Of a stretch of 24,000 nucleotides of DNA, positions 1-9,954 are shown piece after piece (within the stretch, counting starts at the first letter, position 1; every line of letters starts with the position of its first letter). A program made the position numbers and the translations under genes. This DNA is from Escherichia coli O170:H18. GTDB lineage: Bacteria > Pseudomonadota > Gammaproteobacteria > Enterobacterales > Enterobacteriaceae. The stretch lies in assembly GCF_018986815.1 (NCBI RefSeq), contig NZ_CP076706.1. One strand, written 5' to 3'. The notes beneath the pieces were generated by a model, which did not search any database, was not told the origin of the DNA, and saw nothing but the letters and a program-made list of their open reading frames with translations.

Positions 1-632
1 TCACTCACCGTGACCTGACCGAACGCGCTATGCGCCAGGTTCCGCAGGCACAGCATATTTCGCTGACCAACTTCCTCGACAGCGGCCTGTACACCAGCCT
101 GACCGAACGTCTGGTTGCTGCCCAGCGCCATACTGAAAACGAAGTGAAAGTGAAAGACAGTCTGAAAGACAGCTTTGACGATTCCAGTGCTAATCTGTTC
201 AAACTGGGCGCGGAGAACATCTTCCTCGGTCGCAAAGCGGCCACCAAAGAAGAAGCGATTCGTTTTGCTGGCGAGCAGCTGGTGAAAGGCGGTTACGTTG
301 AGCCGGAATACGTTCAGGCGATGTTGGATCGTGAAAAACTGACCCCGACTTATCTGGGTGAGTCTATCGCGGTGCCACACGGTACGGTTGAAGCGAAAGA
401 TCGCGTACTGAAAACGGGCGTCGTGTTCTGCCAGTACCCGGAAGGCGTGCGCTTCGGTGAAGAAGAAGATGACATTGCCCGTCTGGTGATTGGTATTGCT
501 GCCCGTAACAACGAGCACATTCAGGTGATCACCAGCCTGACCAACGCACTGGATGATGAGTCCGTTATCGAGCGTCTGGCGCACACCACCAGCGTGGATG
601 AAGTGCTGGAACTGCTGGCAGGTCGTAAGTAA
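1..632 (+). CDS. mtlA: 3' end of the mannitol-specific PTS EIICBA component (EIIA domain), truncated at the window edge
   Basis: Reading frame is open from base 3 (THRDLTERAMRQVPQ...) to the TAA at 630-632. C-terminal EIIA-Mtl-like sequence (GESIAVPHGTVEAKDRVLKTGVVFCQYPEGVRFG). It is followed by mtlD and mtlR. Confidence 0.96.
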   Translation, partial: THRDLTERAMRQVPQAQHISLTNFLDSGLYTSLTERLVAAQRHTENEVKVKDSLKDSFDDSSANLFKLGAENIFLGRKAATKEEAIRFAGEQLVKGGYVEPEYVQAMLDREKLTPTYLGESIAVPHGTVEAKDRVLKTGVVFCQYPEGVRFGEEEDDIARLVIGIAARNNEHIQVITSLTNALDDESVIERLAHTTSVDEVLELLAGRK

Positions 633-671
633 TCCATTCCCACCCTCTCCGCATGAAGAAGGTGGGGCTAA

Positions 672-860
<189 letters not shown>

Positions 861-880
861 AAAAGCCCCTCTCCTCACGG

Positions 881-920
881 AGAGGGTTTGGGTGAGGGAA
901 AAGCCTCACCCCAGCCCTCT
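881..920 (+). promoter_or_regulatory. Imperfect stem-loop immediately upstream of the mtlD ribosome-binding region
   Basis: AGAGGG(881-886)...GGGTGAGG(890-897)-GAAAAG-..CCTCACCC(904-911)...CCCTCT(915-920). The inner and outer arms are both complementary. It ends 30 nt before the mtlD ATG. Confidence 0.55.
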
Positions 921-950
921 CGGGTAAAAACATTGATGAAGGTTAATACT

Positions 951-2099
951 ATGAAAGCATTACATTTTGGCGCAGGTAATATCGGTCGTGGCTTTATCGG
1001 TAAACTGCTGGCGGACGCGGGTATCCAACTGACGTTTGCCGATGTAAATCAGGTGGTACTTGATGCCCTGAATGCCCGTCATAGCTATCAGGTTCATGTG
1101 GTTGGTGAAACCGAGCAGGTAGATACCGTTTCTGGCGTCGATGCCGTCAGCAGCATTGGCGATGATGTCGTTGATCTGATTGCTCAGGTCGATTTAGTCA
1201 CTACCGCCGTTGGCCCTGTCGTGCTGGAACGTATTGCTCCGGCCATCGCCAAAGGGCTGGTGAAACGTAAAGAACAAGGTAATGAATCCCCACTGAACAT
1301 CATCGCCTGTGAAAACATGGTCCGCGGCACCACGCAGCTGAAAGGCCATGTGATGAACGCCCTGCCGGAAGATGCCAAAGCGTGGGTAGAAGAACACGTT
1401 GGCTTTGTTGATTCCGCCGTTGACCGCATCGTACCGCCTTCGGCTTCGGCAACTAACGATCCGCTGGAAGTGACGGTAGAAACCTTCAGCGAATGGATTG
1501 TCGATAAAACGCAGTTCAAAGGCACGCTGCCAAACATCCCTGGCATGGAATTAACCGACAATCTGATGGCATTTGTCGAACGTAAACTCTTCACCCTGAA
1601 TACAGGTCATGCTATAACCGCGTACCTCGGAAAACTGGTCGGTCATCAGACCATTCGTGACGCAATTCTCGACGAGAAAATCCGCGCGGTGGTAAAAGGG
1701 GCAATGGAAGAAAGCGGCGCGGTACTGATCAAGCGCTACGGCTTTGATGCTGACAAACATGCGGCATACATCCAGAAAATCCTCGGTCGTTTCGAGAACC
1801 CGTACCTGAAAGATGATGTAGAACGCGTAGGCCGTCAGCCGCTGCGTAAACTGAGTGCTGGCGACCGTCTGATCAAGCCACTGCTTGGAACCCTGGAATA
1901 TGGTCTGCCACATAAAAACCTGATTGAAGGTATTGCCGCTGCAATGCACTTCCGCAGTGAAGATGACCCGCAGGCTCAGGAACTGGCAGCGCTGATTGCC
2001 GACAAAGGCCCACAAGCCGCGCTGGCACAGATTTCCGGTCTTGATGCCAACAGCGAGGTTGTATCCGAGGCGGTAACCGCTTATAAAGCAATGCAATAA
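951..2099 (+). CDS. mtlD: Mannitol-1-phosphate 5-dehydrogenase (382 aa)
   Basis: [33 protein letters not shown] has a Rossmann NAD-binding motif. The start at 951 follows GAAGG. The ORF-track start at 771 lies inside REP sequence and is judged an over-extension. Confidence 0.97.
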   Translation: MKALHFGAGNIGRGFIGKLLADAGIQLTFADVNQVVLDALNARHSYQVHVVGETEQVDTVSGVDAVSSIGDDVVDLIAQVDLVTTAVGPVVLERIAPAIAKGLVKRKEQGNESPLNIIACENMVRGTTQLKGHVMNALPEDAKAWVEEHVGFVDSAVDRIVPPSASATNDPLEVTVETFSEWIVDKTQFKGTLPNIPGMELTDNLMAFVERKLFTLNTGHAITAYLGKLVGHQTIRDAILDEKIRAVVKGAMEESGAVLIKRYGFDADKHAAYIQKILGRFENPYLKDDVERVGRQPLRKLSAGDRLIKPLLGTLEYGLPHKNLIEGIAAAMHFRSEDDPQAQELAALIADKGPQAALAQISGLDANSEVVSEAVTAYKAMQ

Positions 2100-2686
2100 T
2101 GGTGGACCAGGCGCAGGATACCCTGCGCCCGAATAACAGATTGTCAGATATGCAGGCAACAATGGAACAAACCCAGGCCTTTGAAAACCGTGTGCTTGAG
2201 CGTCTGAATGCTGGCAAAACCGTGCGAAGCTTTCTGATCACCGCCGTCGAGCTTTTGACCGAGGCGGTAAATCTTCTGGTGCTTCAGGTATTCCGCAAAG
2301 ACGATTACGCGGTGAAGTATGCTGTAGAACCGTTACTCGACGGCGATGGTCCGCTGGGCGATCTTTCTGTGCGTTTAAAACTCATTTACGGGTTGGGCGT
2401 CATTAACCGCCAGGAATACGAAGATGCGGAACTGCTGATGGCATTGCGTGAAGAGCTAAATCACGACGGCAACGAGTACGCTTTTACCGACGACGAAATA
2501 CTTGGACCCTTTGGTGAACTGCATTGCGTGGCGGCGTTACCACCGCCGCCACAGTTTGAACCTGCAGACTCCAGTTTGTATGCAATGCAAATTCAGCGTT
2601 ACCAACAGGCTGTGCGATCAACAATGGTCCTTTCACTGACAGAGCTGATTTCCAAAATCAGCTTAAAAAAAGCCTTTCAAAAGTAA
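2099..2686 (+). CDS. mtlR: Mannitol operon repressor (195 aa)
   Basis: Directly downstream of mtlD with a 1-nt overlap. Sequence [45 protein letters not shown] matches the MtlR family. Confidence 0.95.
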   Translation: MVDQAQDTLRPNNRLSDMQATMEQTQAFENRVLERLNAGKTVRSFLITAVELLTEAVNLLVLQVFRKDDYAVKYAVEPLLDGDGPLGDLSVRLKLIYGLGVINRQEYEDAELLMALREELNHDGNEYAFTDDEILGPFGELHCVAALPPPPQFEPADSSLYAMQIQRYQQAVRSTMVLSLTELISKISLKKAFQK

Positions 2687-2696
2687 GTACTTTCGC

Positions 2697-2906
2697 TTAC
2701 TTCTCCTCTACCTGTTTCGGACGATAAAGCTGACGATAATACTCCAGACGTTGTAGATATAACGGCACGCTTTCATCAGGTATTCCGGACGGAATCGCGT
2801 TACGGGGAGGTAGTTTTTTCAGATACTCCCGGAACGCCTGGCTGGATGCCATGAAATCTACGGCTTTATCGATAAGAAGCGGAACGTTTTCACCTAATTT
2901 GCCCAT
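2697..2906 (-). CDS. yibT: Small conserved protein YibT (69 aa)
   Basis: Complete [49 protein letters not shown]... in the known position between mtlR and yibL. Confidence 0.85.
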
Positions 2907-3189
2907 GATGATATCTCCGTATTACCCCGCGCCGGGAATGCGCGGCCGCCAATTTTAGTTTAGATCCCGGTATAAATGACATTAAGGAAAACGTGCTCAA
3001 TCCTCAATAATCACCTGCTTCTGTTGACTATCTTTTTTCTTTAAATTTCTTAACTAATCAATGTATTGGGTGATTTTTTAACGCATAAATGGTTACAATC
3101 TGGAACTATTACAATGCCATCAGTTGTGAACAAAGCACCTGGTCGCGCATACTAGAGGCTATAAATTTATCTCTATCAGAAGTCATCAC

Positions 3190-3552
3190 ATGAAAGAAGT
3201 CGAAAAAAACGAAATCAAACGTCTCAGCGATCGTCTGGACGCCATCCGTCACCAGCAGGCCGATCTGTCGCTGGTTGAAGCCGCAGACAAATATGCCGAA
3301 CTGGAAAAAGAGAAAGCCACTCTGGAAGCAGAAATTGCTCGCCTGCGCGAAGTTCACAGCCAGAAACTCAGCAAAGAAGCGCAGAAACTGATGAAGATGC
3401 CGTTCCAGCGTGCAATCACCAAAAAAGAGCAGGCTGATATGGGCAAGCTGAAAAAAAGTGTTCGCGGACTGGTGGTTGTGCACCCAATGACCGCGCTGGG
3501 CCGCGAAATGGGCCTGCAAGAGATGACAGGGTTCTCAAAGACTGCGTTTTAA
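3190..3552 (+). CDS. yibL: YibL, small ribosome-associated protein family (120 aa)
   Basis: [59 protein letters not shown]; position and sequence are characteristic. Confidence 0.93.
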
Positions 3553-3596
3553 GTTCCTTTCTCGTCGCTGTAATCACAGCCTCTCACCATTTACTC

Positions 3597-3620
3597 GCTC
3601 CTGCTGGCACATGCAGGAGC
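3597..3620 (+). terminator. Candidate transcription terminator hairpin downstream of yibL
   Basis: Perfect 8-bp stem GCTCCTGC-TGGCACAT-GCAGGAGC, followed by CTGTTTC (weak T tract), 45 nt after the yibL stop. Confidence 0.5.
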
Positions 3621-3890
3621 CTGTTTCAGAGATCGAATCTTTATAACGTTCTTAACATTATATATTCAACTCCACCTACACTTCTGAGCGATCGTAGCAG
3701 GCTAAATTCTGAAAATCAGGTACACATTAAAGAATGATGTATCAATATCAACAATGAATTTCCGCATATCAATGCTCGAAACATAATTAATTATTTAAAT
3801 TTTTCAATCAGCTTCGCAAATTCCACAATAAAACATCACTCAACTGAATATTTACCTTTCCCTGCCCTGTGCCTTTATCCGGTGAAACAT

Positions 3891-3920
3891 TTGACATCGA
3901 TTGACACCGATCATTAAAAT
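3891..3920 (+). promoter_or_regulatory. Candidate sigma70-like promoter upstream of the lipoprotein-adhesin pair
   Basis: TTGACA (3891-3896), 18-nt spacer, TAAAAT (3915-3920). It sits in the AT-rich 558-bp gap between yibL and the lipoprotein gene, about 190 bp upstream of the ATG. Confidence 0.3.
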
Positions 3921-4110
3921 CCGCGCGATTAATATTATTGGCTACAAACTGAAATCGTTTGACATTTAATAACATATTCGCACAACCAATTAATACAAAA
4001 ACTCTCTAACAAATTTATTTTGCGGATATGCCCCATTCCAATCATTCATAAAAAAAATGATTGTGCCGTAATTATCAACTGTATCGGGATTATGAAAAGG
4101 AATTCATCCT

Positions 4111-4794
4111 ATGAACCTAAAGAAAACACTGTTAAGCGTGTTAATGATATTGCAACTTTGCTTATTGGTAGGGTGTGACTATATTGAAAAAGCGAGTAAG
4201 GTCGACGATCTCGTTACACAGCAAGAGTTGCAAAAAAGCAAAATTGAGGCGCTTGAAAAACAACAAGAACTCGACAAGCGCAAGATAGAACACTTTGAAA
4301 AACAACAAACTACCATCATAAACAGTACCAAAACGCTCGCTGGTGTGGTGAAGGCAGTTAAAAACAAACAGGACGAATTTGTCTTTACAGAATTTAACCC
4401 GGCACAAACCCAATACTTTATTTTAAATAACGGCTCTGTTGGTTTGGCAGGGAAAATACTGTCTATTGACGCAGTAGAAAACGGCAGTGTTATTCGTATT
4501 TCACTGGTTAACTTATTAAGTGTTCCTGTATCAAATATGGGTTTCTACGCAACATGGGGGGGAGAAAAACCCACCGACATCAACGCATTAGCAAAATGGC
4601 AGCAATTGCTATTTAGTACCGCAATGAACTCCTCCCTGAAATTATTACCAGGTCAATGGCAAGACATTAATTTGACGCTAAAAGGTGTCTCGCCCAACAA
4701 CCTCAAATATCTGAAATTAGCCATCAACATGGCAAATATTCAGTTCGACCGTCTTCAACCTGCTGAATCTCCACAGCGGAAAAACAAAAAATAA
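4111..4794 (+). CDS. sadB: Inner-membrane lipoprotein, SadB-like (DUF3251-type), associated with the downstream trimeric autotransporter (227 aa)
   Basis: Signal peptide with lipobox LLVGC at residues 18-22 (MNLKKTLLSVLMILQLCLLVGCDY). Asp follows the lipobox Cys. Then comes a heptad-rich segment (QQELQKSKIEALEKQQELDKRKIEHFEKQQTTI) and a C-terminal globular region. It lies 43 bp upstream of the adhesin on the same strand, as in the sadBA arrangement. Confidence 0.75.
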   Translation: MNLKKTLLSVLMILQLCLLVGCDYIEKASKVDDLVTQQELQKSKIEALEKQQELDKRKIEHFEKQQTTIINSTKTLAGVVKAVKNKQDEFVFTEFNPAQTQYFILNNGSVGLAGKILSIDAVENGSVIRISLVNLLSVPVSNMGFYATWGGEKPTDINALAKWQQLLFSTAMNSSLKLLPGQWQDINLTLKGVSPNNLKYLKLAINMANIQFDRLQPAESPQRKNKK

Positions 4795-4837
4795 ATGCAG
4801 CTTCTGCGCTTATATCAAGGAATAGAGAGCATCAATA

Positions 4838-7800
4838 ATGAACAAAATATTTAAAGTTATCTGGAATCCGGCAACAGGTAGTTACACCGTTGCCAGTGAA
4901 ACAGCAAAAAGTCGTGGTAAAAAAAGCGGGCGCAGTAAGCTGTTAATTTCTGCGTTGGTTGCGGGTGGGTTGTTGTCGTCGTTTGGGGCAAGTGCAGATA
5001 ATTACACTGGGCAGCCAACTGATTATGGCGATGGCTCAGCAGGTGACGGCTGGGTTGCTATCGGTAAAGGGGCAAAAGCAAATACCTTTATGAACACTAG
5101 TGGCGCGAGTACAGCTTTAGGATATGACGCGATAGCCGAAGGTGAGTACAGTTCTGCCATCGGGTCAAAAACCCTTGCAACTGGTGGAGCATCCATGGCG
5201 TTCGGGGTTAGTGCAAAAGCAATGGGTGACAGAAGTGTCGCGCTAGGTGCATCGTCAGTAGCAAATGGCGATCGTTCGATGGCTTTTGGTCGTTACGCAA
5301 AGACGAATGGTTTTACATCTCTTGCTATTGGGGACTCCTCCCTTGCCGATGGTGAAAAAACTATTGCGTTAGGAAATACGGCTAAAGCTTACGAAATTAT
5401 GAGCATCGCCCTCGGTGATAATGCCAATGCGTCAAAAGAGTATGCAATGGCGCTGGGAGCAAGTAGCAAAGCTGGCGGTGCTGATAGCCTCGCATTCGGC
5501 AGAAAATCTACAGCTAATAGCACTGGCTCACTGGCAATAGGTGCTGACAGTAGCAGTTCGAACGATAACGCCATCGCGATAGGGAACAAAACGCAAGCCC
5601 TGGGAGTGAATTCGATGGCCCTGGGTAATGCAAGTCAGGCATCTGGCGAATCCAGTATTGCATTAGGTAACACCAGTGAAGCCAGCGAACAAAATGCGAT
5701 TGCGCTGGGGCAAGGTAGCATTGCAAGCAAAGTGAACTCAATCGCGTTGGGAAGTAACAGTTTGTCCTCGGGAGAGAATGCCATCGCATTGGGAGAGGGT
5801 AGTGCCGCTGGTGGCAGCAACAGCCTTGCTTTCGGTAGCCAGTCCAGGGCAAACGGCAATGATTCTGTCGCCCTCGGTGTAGGGGCTGCAGCAGCGACCG
5901 ACAATTCTGTCGCTATCGGCGCAGGATCGACCACAGATGCAAGCAATACGGTTTCAGTTGGCAACAGCGCAACAAAACGCAAAATTGTTAATATGGCTGC
6001 TGGTGCCATAAGCAACACCAGTACCGATGCCATCAACGGCTCACAGCTTTATACGATCAGTGATTCAGTCGCCAAGCGACTCGGAGGAGGCGCTACTGTA
6101 GGCAGCGATGGCACCGTAACCGCAGTAAGCTACGCGTTGAGAAGCGGAACCTATAATAACGTGGGTGATGCTCTGTCAGGAATCGACAATAATACCCTAC
6201 AATGGAATAAAACCGCGGGGGCGTTCAGCGCCAATCACGGTGCAAATGCCACCAACAAAATCACTAATGTTGCTAAAGGTACGGTTTCTGCAACCAGCAC
6301 CGATGTAGTAAACGGCTCTCAATTGTACGACCTGCAGCAGGATGCTCTGTTGTGGAACGGCACAGCATTCAGTGCCGCACACGGCACCGAAGCCACCAGC
6401 AAAATCACTAATGTCACCGCTGGCAACCTGACTGCCGGCAGCACTGACGCCGTTAACGGCTCTCAGCTCAAAACCACCAACGACAACGTGACGACCAACA
6501 CCACCAACATCGCCACTAACACCACCAATATCACCAACCTGACTGACGCTGTTAACGGTCTCGGTGACGACTCCCTGCTGTGGAACAAAGCAGCTGGCGC
6601 ATTCAGCGCCGCGCACGGCACCGAAGCCACCAGCAAAATCACCAACGTCACCGCTGGCAACCTGACTGCCGGCAGCACTGACGCCGTTAACGGCTCCCAG
6701 CTCAAAACCACCAACGACAACGTGACGACCAACACCACCAACATCGCCACTAACACCACCAACATCACCAACCTGACTGACGCTGTTAACGGTCTCGGTG
6801 ACGACTCCCTGCTGTGGAACAAAACAGCTGGCGCATTCAGCGCCGCTCACGGCACTGACGCCACCAGCAAGATCACCAATGTCAAAGCCGGTGACCTGAC
6901 AGCTGGCAGCACTGACGCCGTTAACGGCTCCCAGCTCAAAACCACCAACGATAACGTGTCGACCAACACCACCAACATCACCAACCTGACGGATTCCGTT
7001 GGCGACCTTAAGGACGATTCTCTGCTGTGGAACAAAGCGGCTGGCGCATTCAGCGCCGCGCACGGTACCGAAGCTACCAGCAAGATCACCAACTTACTGG
7101 CAGGCACTGTATCCTCTGACAGCACTGATGCCATTAATGGCTCACAACTTTATGGCGTAGCGGATTCATTTACGTCATATCTTGGTGGTGGTGCTGATAT
7201 CAGCGATACGGGTGTATTAAGCGGGCCAACCTACACTATTGGTGGTACTGACTACACTAACGTCGGTGATGCTCTGGCAGCCATTAACACATCATTTAGC
7301 ACATCACTCGGCGACGCCCTACTTTGGGATGCAACCGCAGGCAAATTCAGCGCCAAACACGGCATTAATAATGCTCCCAGTGTAATCACTGATGTTGCAA
7401 ACGGTGCAGTCTCGTCCACCAGTAGCGATGCCATTAACGGTTCACAACTTTATGGTGTTAGTGACTACATTGCCGATGCTCTGGGCGGGAATGCTGTGGT
7501 GAACACTGACGGCAGTATCACTACACCGACTTATGCCATCGCGGGCGGCAGTTACGACAACGTCGGTGACGCGCTGGAAGCGATCGATACCACGCTGGAT
7601 GATGCTCTGCTGTGGGATACAACAGCCAATGGCGGTAACGGTGCATTTAGCGCCGCTCACGGGAAAGATAAAACTGCCAGTGTAATCACTAACGTCGCTA
7701 ACGGTGCAGTCTCTGCCACCAGCAGCGATGCCATTAATGGCTCACAGCTCTATAGCACCAATAAGTACATCGCTGATGCGCTGGGTGGTGATGCAGAAGT

Positions 7801-9739
7801 CAACGCTGACGGTACTATCACTGCACCGACTTACACCATTGCAAATACCGATTACAACAACGTCGGTGAAGCCCTGGATGCGCTCGATAATAACGCACTG
7901 CTGTGGGATGCGACCGCCAATAACGGCGAAGGTGCTTACAGCGCCAGTCATGACGGCAAGGCCAGCAATATCACAAACGTTGCTGATGGTAACATTGGTG
8001 AAGATAGCACCGACGCTATCAACGGTTCTCAGTTGAATGCAACCAACATGATGATCCAGCAGAACAGCGAAATCATCAATCAGCTTGCCGGTGACACCAG
8101 TAAAAACTACATCGGAGATAACGGTGCAGGTATTAACTATGTACGTACCAACGACAGCGGCTTAGCGTTCAACGATGCCAGCGCAGCAGGTATTGGCTCT
8201 ACCGCTGTGGGGTATAACACTGTTGCCAAAGGCGATAGCAGCGTGGCCATCGGTCAGAACAGCTACAGCAAAGTTGAGACGAGTATTGCGCTGGGTAGCG
8301 AATCCGTCTCCAGCCGTGTGATTGTTAAAGGTTCTCGTAACACCAGCGTATCAGAAGAAGGAGTTGTGATTGGTTATGACACCACGGATGGCGAACTGCT
8401 TGGCGCGTTGTCAATTGGTGATGATGGTAAATATCGTCAAATCATCAACGTCGCGGATGGTTCTGAAGCCCATGACGCTGTTACGGTTCGCCAGTTGCAG
8501 AACGCCATTGGTGCAGTCGCAACCACACCAACCAAATACTATCACGCCAACTCAACGGCTGAAGACTCACTGGCAGTCGGTGAAGACTCGCTGGCAATGG
8601 GCGCGAAAACCATCGTTAATGGTAATGCGGGTATTGGTATCGGCCTGAACACGCTGGTTCTGGCTGATGCGATCAACGGTATTGCTATCGGTTCTAACGC
8701 ACGCGCAAATCATGCCGACAGCATTGCAATGGGTAATGGTTCTCAGACTACCCGTGGTGCGCAGACCAACTACACTGCCTACAACATGGATGCACCGCAG
8801 AACTCTGTGGGTGAATTCTCCGTAGGTAGCGAAGACGGTCAACGTCAGATCACCAACGTCGCAGCAGGTTCGGCGGATACCGATGCGGTTAACGTGGGTC
8901 AGTTGAAAGTAACGGACGCGCAGGTTTCCCAGAATACCCAGAGCATTACTAACCTGAACACTCAGGTCACTAATCTGGATACTCGCGTGACCAATATCGA
9001 AAATGGCATTGGCGATATTGTAACCACCGGTAGCACTAAGTACTTCAAGACCAACACCGATGGCGCAGACGCCAACGCGCAGGGTAAAGACAGTGTTGCG
9101 ATTGGTTCTGGCTCCATTGCTGCCGCTGATAACAGCGTCGCGCTGGGTACCGGTTCCGTGGCCAACGAAGAAAACACCATCTCTGTGGGTTCTTCTACCA
9201 ACCAGCGTCGTATCACCAACGTTGCTGCCGGTGTTAATGCCACCGATGCGGTTAACGTTTCGCAACTGAAGTCTTCTGAAGCAGGCGGCGTTCGCTACGA
9301 CACCAAAGCTGATGGCTCTATCGACTACAGCAACATCACTCTCGGTGGTGGTAACGGCGGTACGACTCGCATCAGCAACGTTTCCGCTGGCGTGAATAAC
9401 AACGACGCGGTGAACTATGCGCAGTTGAAGCAAAGTGTGCAGGAAACGAAGCAATACACCGATCAGCGCATGGTTGAGATGGATAACAAACTGTCCAAAA
9501 CTGAAAGCAAGCTGAGTGGTGGTATCGCTTCTGCAATGGCAATGACCGGTCTGCCGCAGGCTTACACGCCGGGTGCCAGCATGGCGTCTATTGGTGGCGG
9601 TACTTACAACGGTGAATCGGCTGTTGCTTTAGGTGTGTCGATGGTGAGCGCCAATGGTCGTTGGGTCTACAAATTACAAGGTAGTACCAATAGCCAGGGT
9701 GAATACTCCGCCGCGCTCGGTGCCGGTATTCAGTGGTAA
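4838..9739 (+). CDS. upaG/ehaG: Trimeric autotransporter adhesin (type Vc secretion) of the UpaG/EhaG/SadA family (1633 aa)
   Basis: N-terminal extended signal peptide ([53 protein letters not shown]). Head repeats of the SxAxGxxxxAxG type. Neck/HANS motifs ([10 protein letters not shown] / [10 protein letters not shown]). Repeated [15 protein letters not shown] modules. C-terminal YadA-like anchor ([19 protein letters not shown]...[38 protein letters not shown]). Located next to lldP. Confidence 0.95.
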   Translation: MNKIFKVIWNPATGSYTVASETAKSRGKKSGRSKLLISALVAGGLLSSFGASADNYTGQPTDYGDGSAGDGWVAIGKGAKANTFMNTSGASTALGYDAIAEGEYSSAIGSKTLATGGASMAFGVSAKAMGDRSVALGASSVANGDRSMAFGRYAKTNGFTSLAIGDSSLADGEKTIALGNTAKAYEIMSIALGDNANASKEYAMALGASSKAGGADSLAFGRKSTANSTGSLAIGADSSSSNDNAIAIGNKTQALGVNSMALGNASQASGESSIALGNTSEASEQNAIALGQGSIASKVNSIALGSNSLSSGENAIALGEGSAAGGSNSLAFGSQSRANGNDSVALGVGAAAATDNSVAIGAGSTTDASNTVSVGNSATKRKIVNMAAGAISNTSTDAINGSQLYTISDSVAKRLGGGATVGSDGTVTAVSYALRSGTYNNVGDALSGIDNNTLQWNKTAGAFSANHGANATNKITNVAKGTVSATSTDVVNGSQLYDLQQDALLWNGTAFSAAHGTEATSKITNVTAGNLTAGSTDAVNGSQLKTTNDNVTTNTTNIATNTTNITNLTDAVNGLGDDSLLWNKAAGAFSAAHGTEATSKITNVTAGNLTAGSTDAVNGSQLKTTNDNVTTNTTNIATNTTNITNLTDAVNGLGDDSLLWNKTAGAFSAAHGTDATSKITNVKAGDLTAGSTDAVNGSQLKTTNDNVSTNTTNITNLTDSVGDLKDDSLLWNKAAGAFSAAHGTEATSKITNLLAGTVSSDSTDAINGSQLYGVADSFTSYLGGGADISDTGVLSGPTYTIGGTDYTNVGDALAAINTSFSTSLGDALLWDATAGKFSAKHGINNAPSVITDVANGAVSSTSSDAINGSQLYGVSDYIADALGGNAVVNTDGSITTPTYAIAGGSYDNVGDALEAIDTTLDDALLWDTTANGGNGAFSAAHGKDKTASVITNVANGAVSATSSDAINGSQLYSTNKYIADALGGDAEVNADGTITAPTYTIANTDYNNVGEALDALDNNALLWDATANNGEGAYSASHDGKASNITNVADGNIGEDSTDAINGSQLNATNMMIQQNSEIINQLAGDTSKNYIGDNGAGINYVRTNDSGLAFNDASAAGIGSTAVGYNTVAKGDSSVAIGQNSYSKVETSIALGSESVSSRVIVKGSRNTSVSEEGVVIGYDTTDGELLGALSIGDDGKYRQIINVADGSEAHDAVTVRQLQNAIGAVATTPTKYYHANSTAEDSLAVGEDSLAMGAKTIVNGNAGIGIGLNTLVLADAINGIAIGSNARANHADSIAMGNGSQTTRGAQTNYTAYNMDAPQNSVGEFSVGSEDGQRQITNVAAGSADTDAVNVGQLKVTDAQVSQNTQSITNLNTQVTNLDTRVTNIENGIGDIVTTGSTKYFKTNTDGADANAQGKDSVAIGSGSIAAADNSVALGTGSVANEENTISVGSSTNQRRITNVAAGVNATDAVNVSQLKSSEAGGVRYDTKADGSIDYSNITLGGGNGGTTRISNVSAGVNNNDAVNYAQLKQSVQETKQYTDQRMVEMDNKLSKTESKLSGGIASAMAMTGLPQAYTPGASMASIGGGTYNGESAVALGVSMVSANGRWVYKLQGSTNSQGEYSAALGAGIQW
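6353..7027 (+). repeat. Three consecutive in-frame stalk repeat modules of 228, 234 and 213 bp within the adhesin gene
   Basis: Measured from the Trp codon of each LLWN motif: 6353, 6581, 6815, 7028. Modules 1 and 2 are almost identical at the nucleotide level over about 220 bp, with a handful of mostly synonymous differences. Confidence 0.9.
7028..7903 (+). repeat. Three longer in-frame stalk modules of 297, 288 and 291 bp within the adhesin gene
   Basis: Trp codons of the LLW(N/D) motifs are at 7028, 7325, 7613 and 7904. Each module has a pattern of type ...S(T/S)[47 protein letters not shown](D/E)AL.... Confidence 0.85.
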
Positions 9740-9767
9740 TCATCCATTAACGAATGGGTAAACGCCA

Positions 9768-9858
9768 CATTGCCTGATGCGCTACGCTTATCAGGCCTAC
9801 GGGGTGATTCAGCACTACCCTGTAGGCCGGATAAGGCGTTCACGCCGCATCCGGCAAG
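9768..9858. repeat. BIME (two REP units in opposite orientation) between the adhesin gene and lldP
   Basis: TTGCCTGATGCGCTACGCTTATCAGGCCTAC ... CTGTAGGCCGGATAAGGCGTTCACGCCGCATCCGGCAAG. Confidence 0.92.
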
Positions 9859-9933
9859 ATAAGGCGCACCAGATCAACAATCTGAGGGCAATTCTCTGAT
9901 GGGAATTGCCCTTTTCTTTATTACCTCTCTCCC

Positions 9934-9954
9934 AGAATTGGCCCTACCAATTCT
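9934..9954. promoter_or_regulatory. Candidate upstream LldR operator for the lldPRD operon
   Basis: Perfect inverted repeat AGAATTGG-CCCTA-CCAATTCT (8-5-8), about 200 bp upstream of the lldP ATG. lldR encodes a GntR/FadR-family regulator. A weaker related site, AATTGGCAGTGCCACTT, lies around 10060-10076. Confidence 0.6.

Noticed and set aside
1551-2162. 203-aa minus-strand ORF opposite mtlD
   Set aside because: Antisense shadow of a well-supported essential-frame gene, with no domain-like features.
3109-3519. 136-aa minus-strand ORF overlapping yibL
   Set aside because: Shadow of yibL. The sense protein matches the conserved YibL family.
3553-4110. Possible hidden small gene or toxin-antitoxin pair in the yibL-lipoprotein gap
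   Set aside because: The ORF track shows nothing credible on either strand, and no paired small ORFs with ribosome-binding sites were seen. It is better read as a regulatory region.
6197-7134. 288-aa and 95-aa minus-strand ORFs opposite the adhesin stalk, with apparent repeats
   Set aside because: The repeats simply mirror the sense-strand stalk modules. The protein is low complexity, lacks a credible translation signal and is fully explained by codon structure of the adhesin gene.
6353-7903. Regularly spaced repeats considered as a possible CRISPR-like array
   Set aside because: The repeats are 213-297 bp, fully coding and in frame, without short direct repeats and unique spacers. No cas genes are present.
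8567-9454. 295-aa minus-strand ORF opposite the adhesin C-terminal region
   Set aside because: Shadow ORF of the adhesin coding strand with no recognisable family.
3500-9900. Accessory segment considered as a mobile island or prophage fragment
   Set aside because: No integrase, transposase, tRNA end, phage gene or flanking direct repeats are visible. Only the allelic presence of the adhesin locus is supported.
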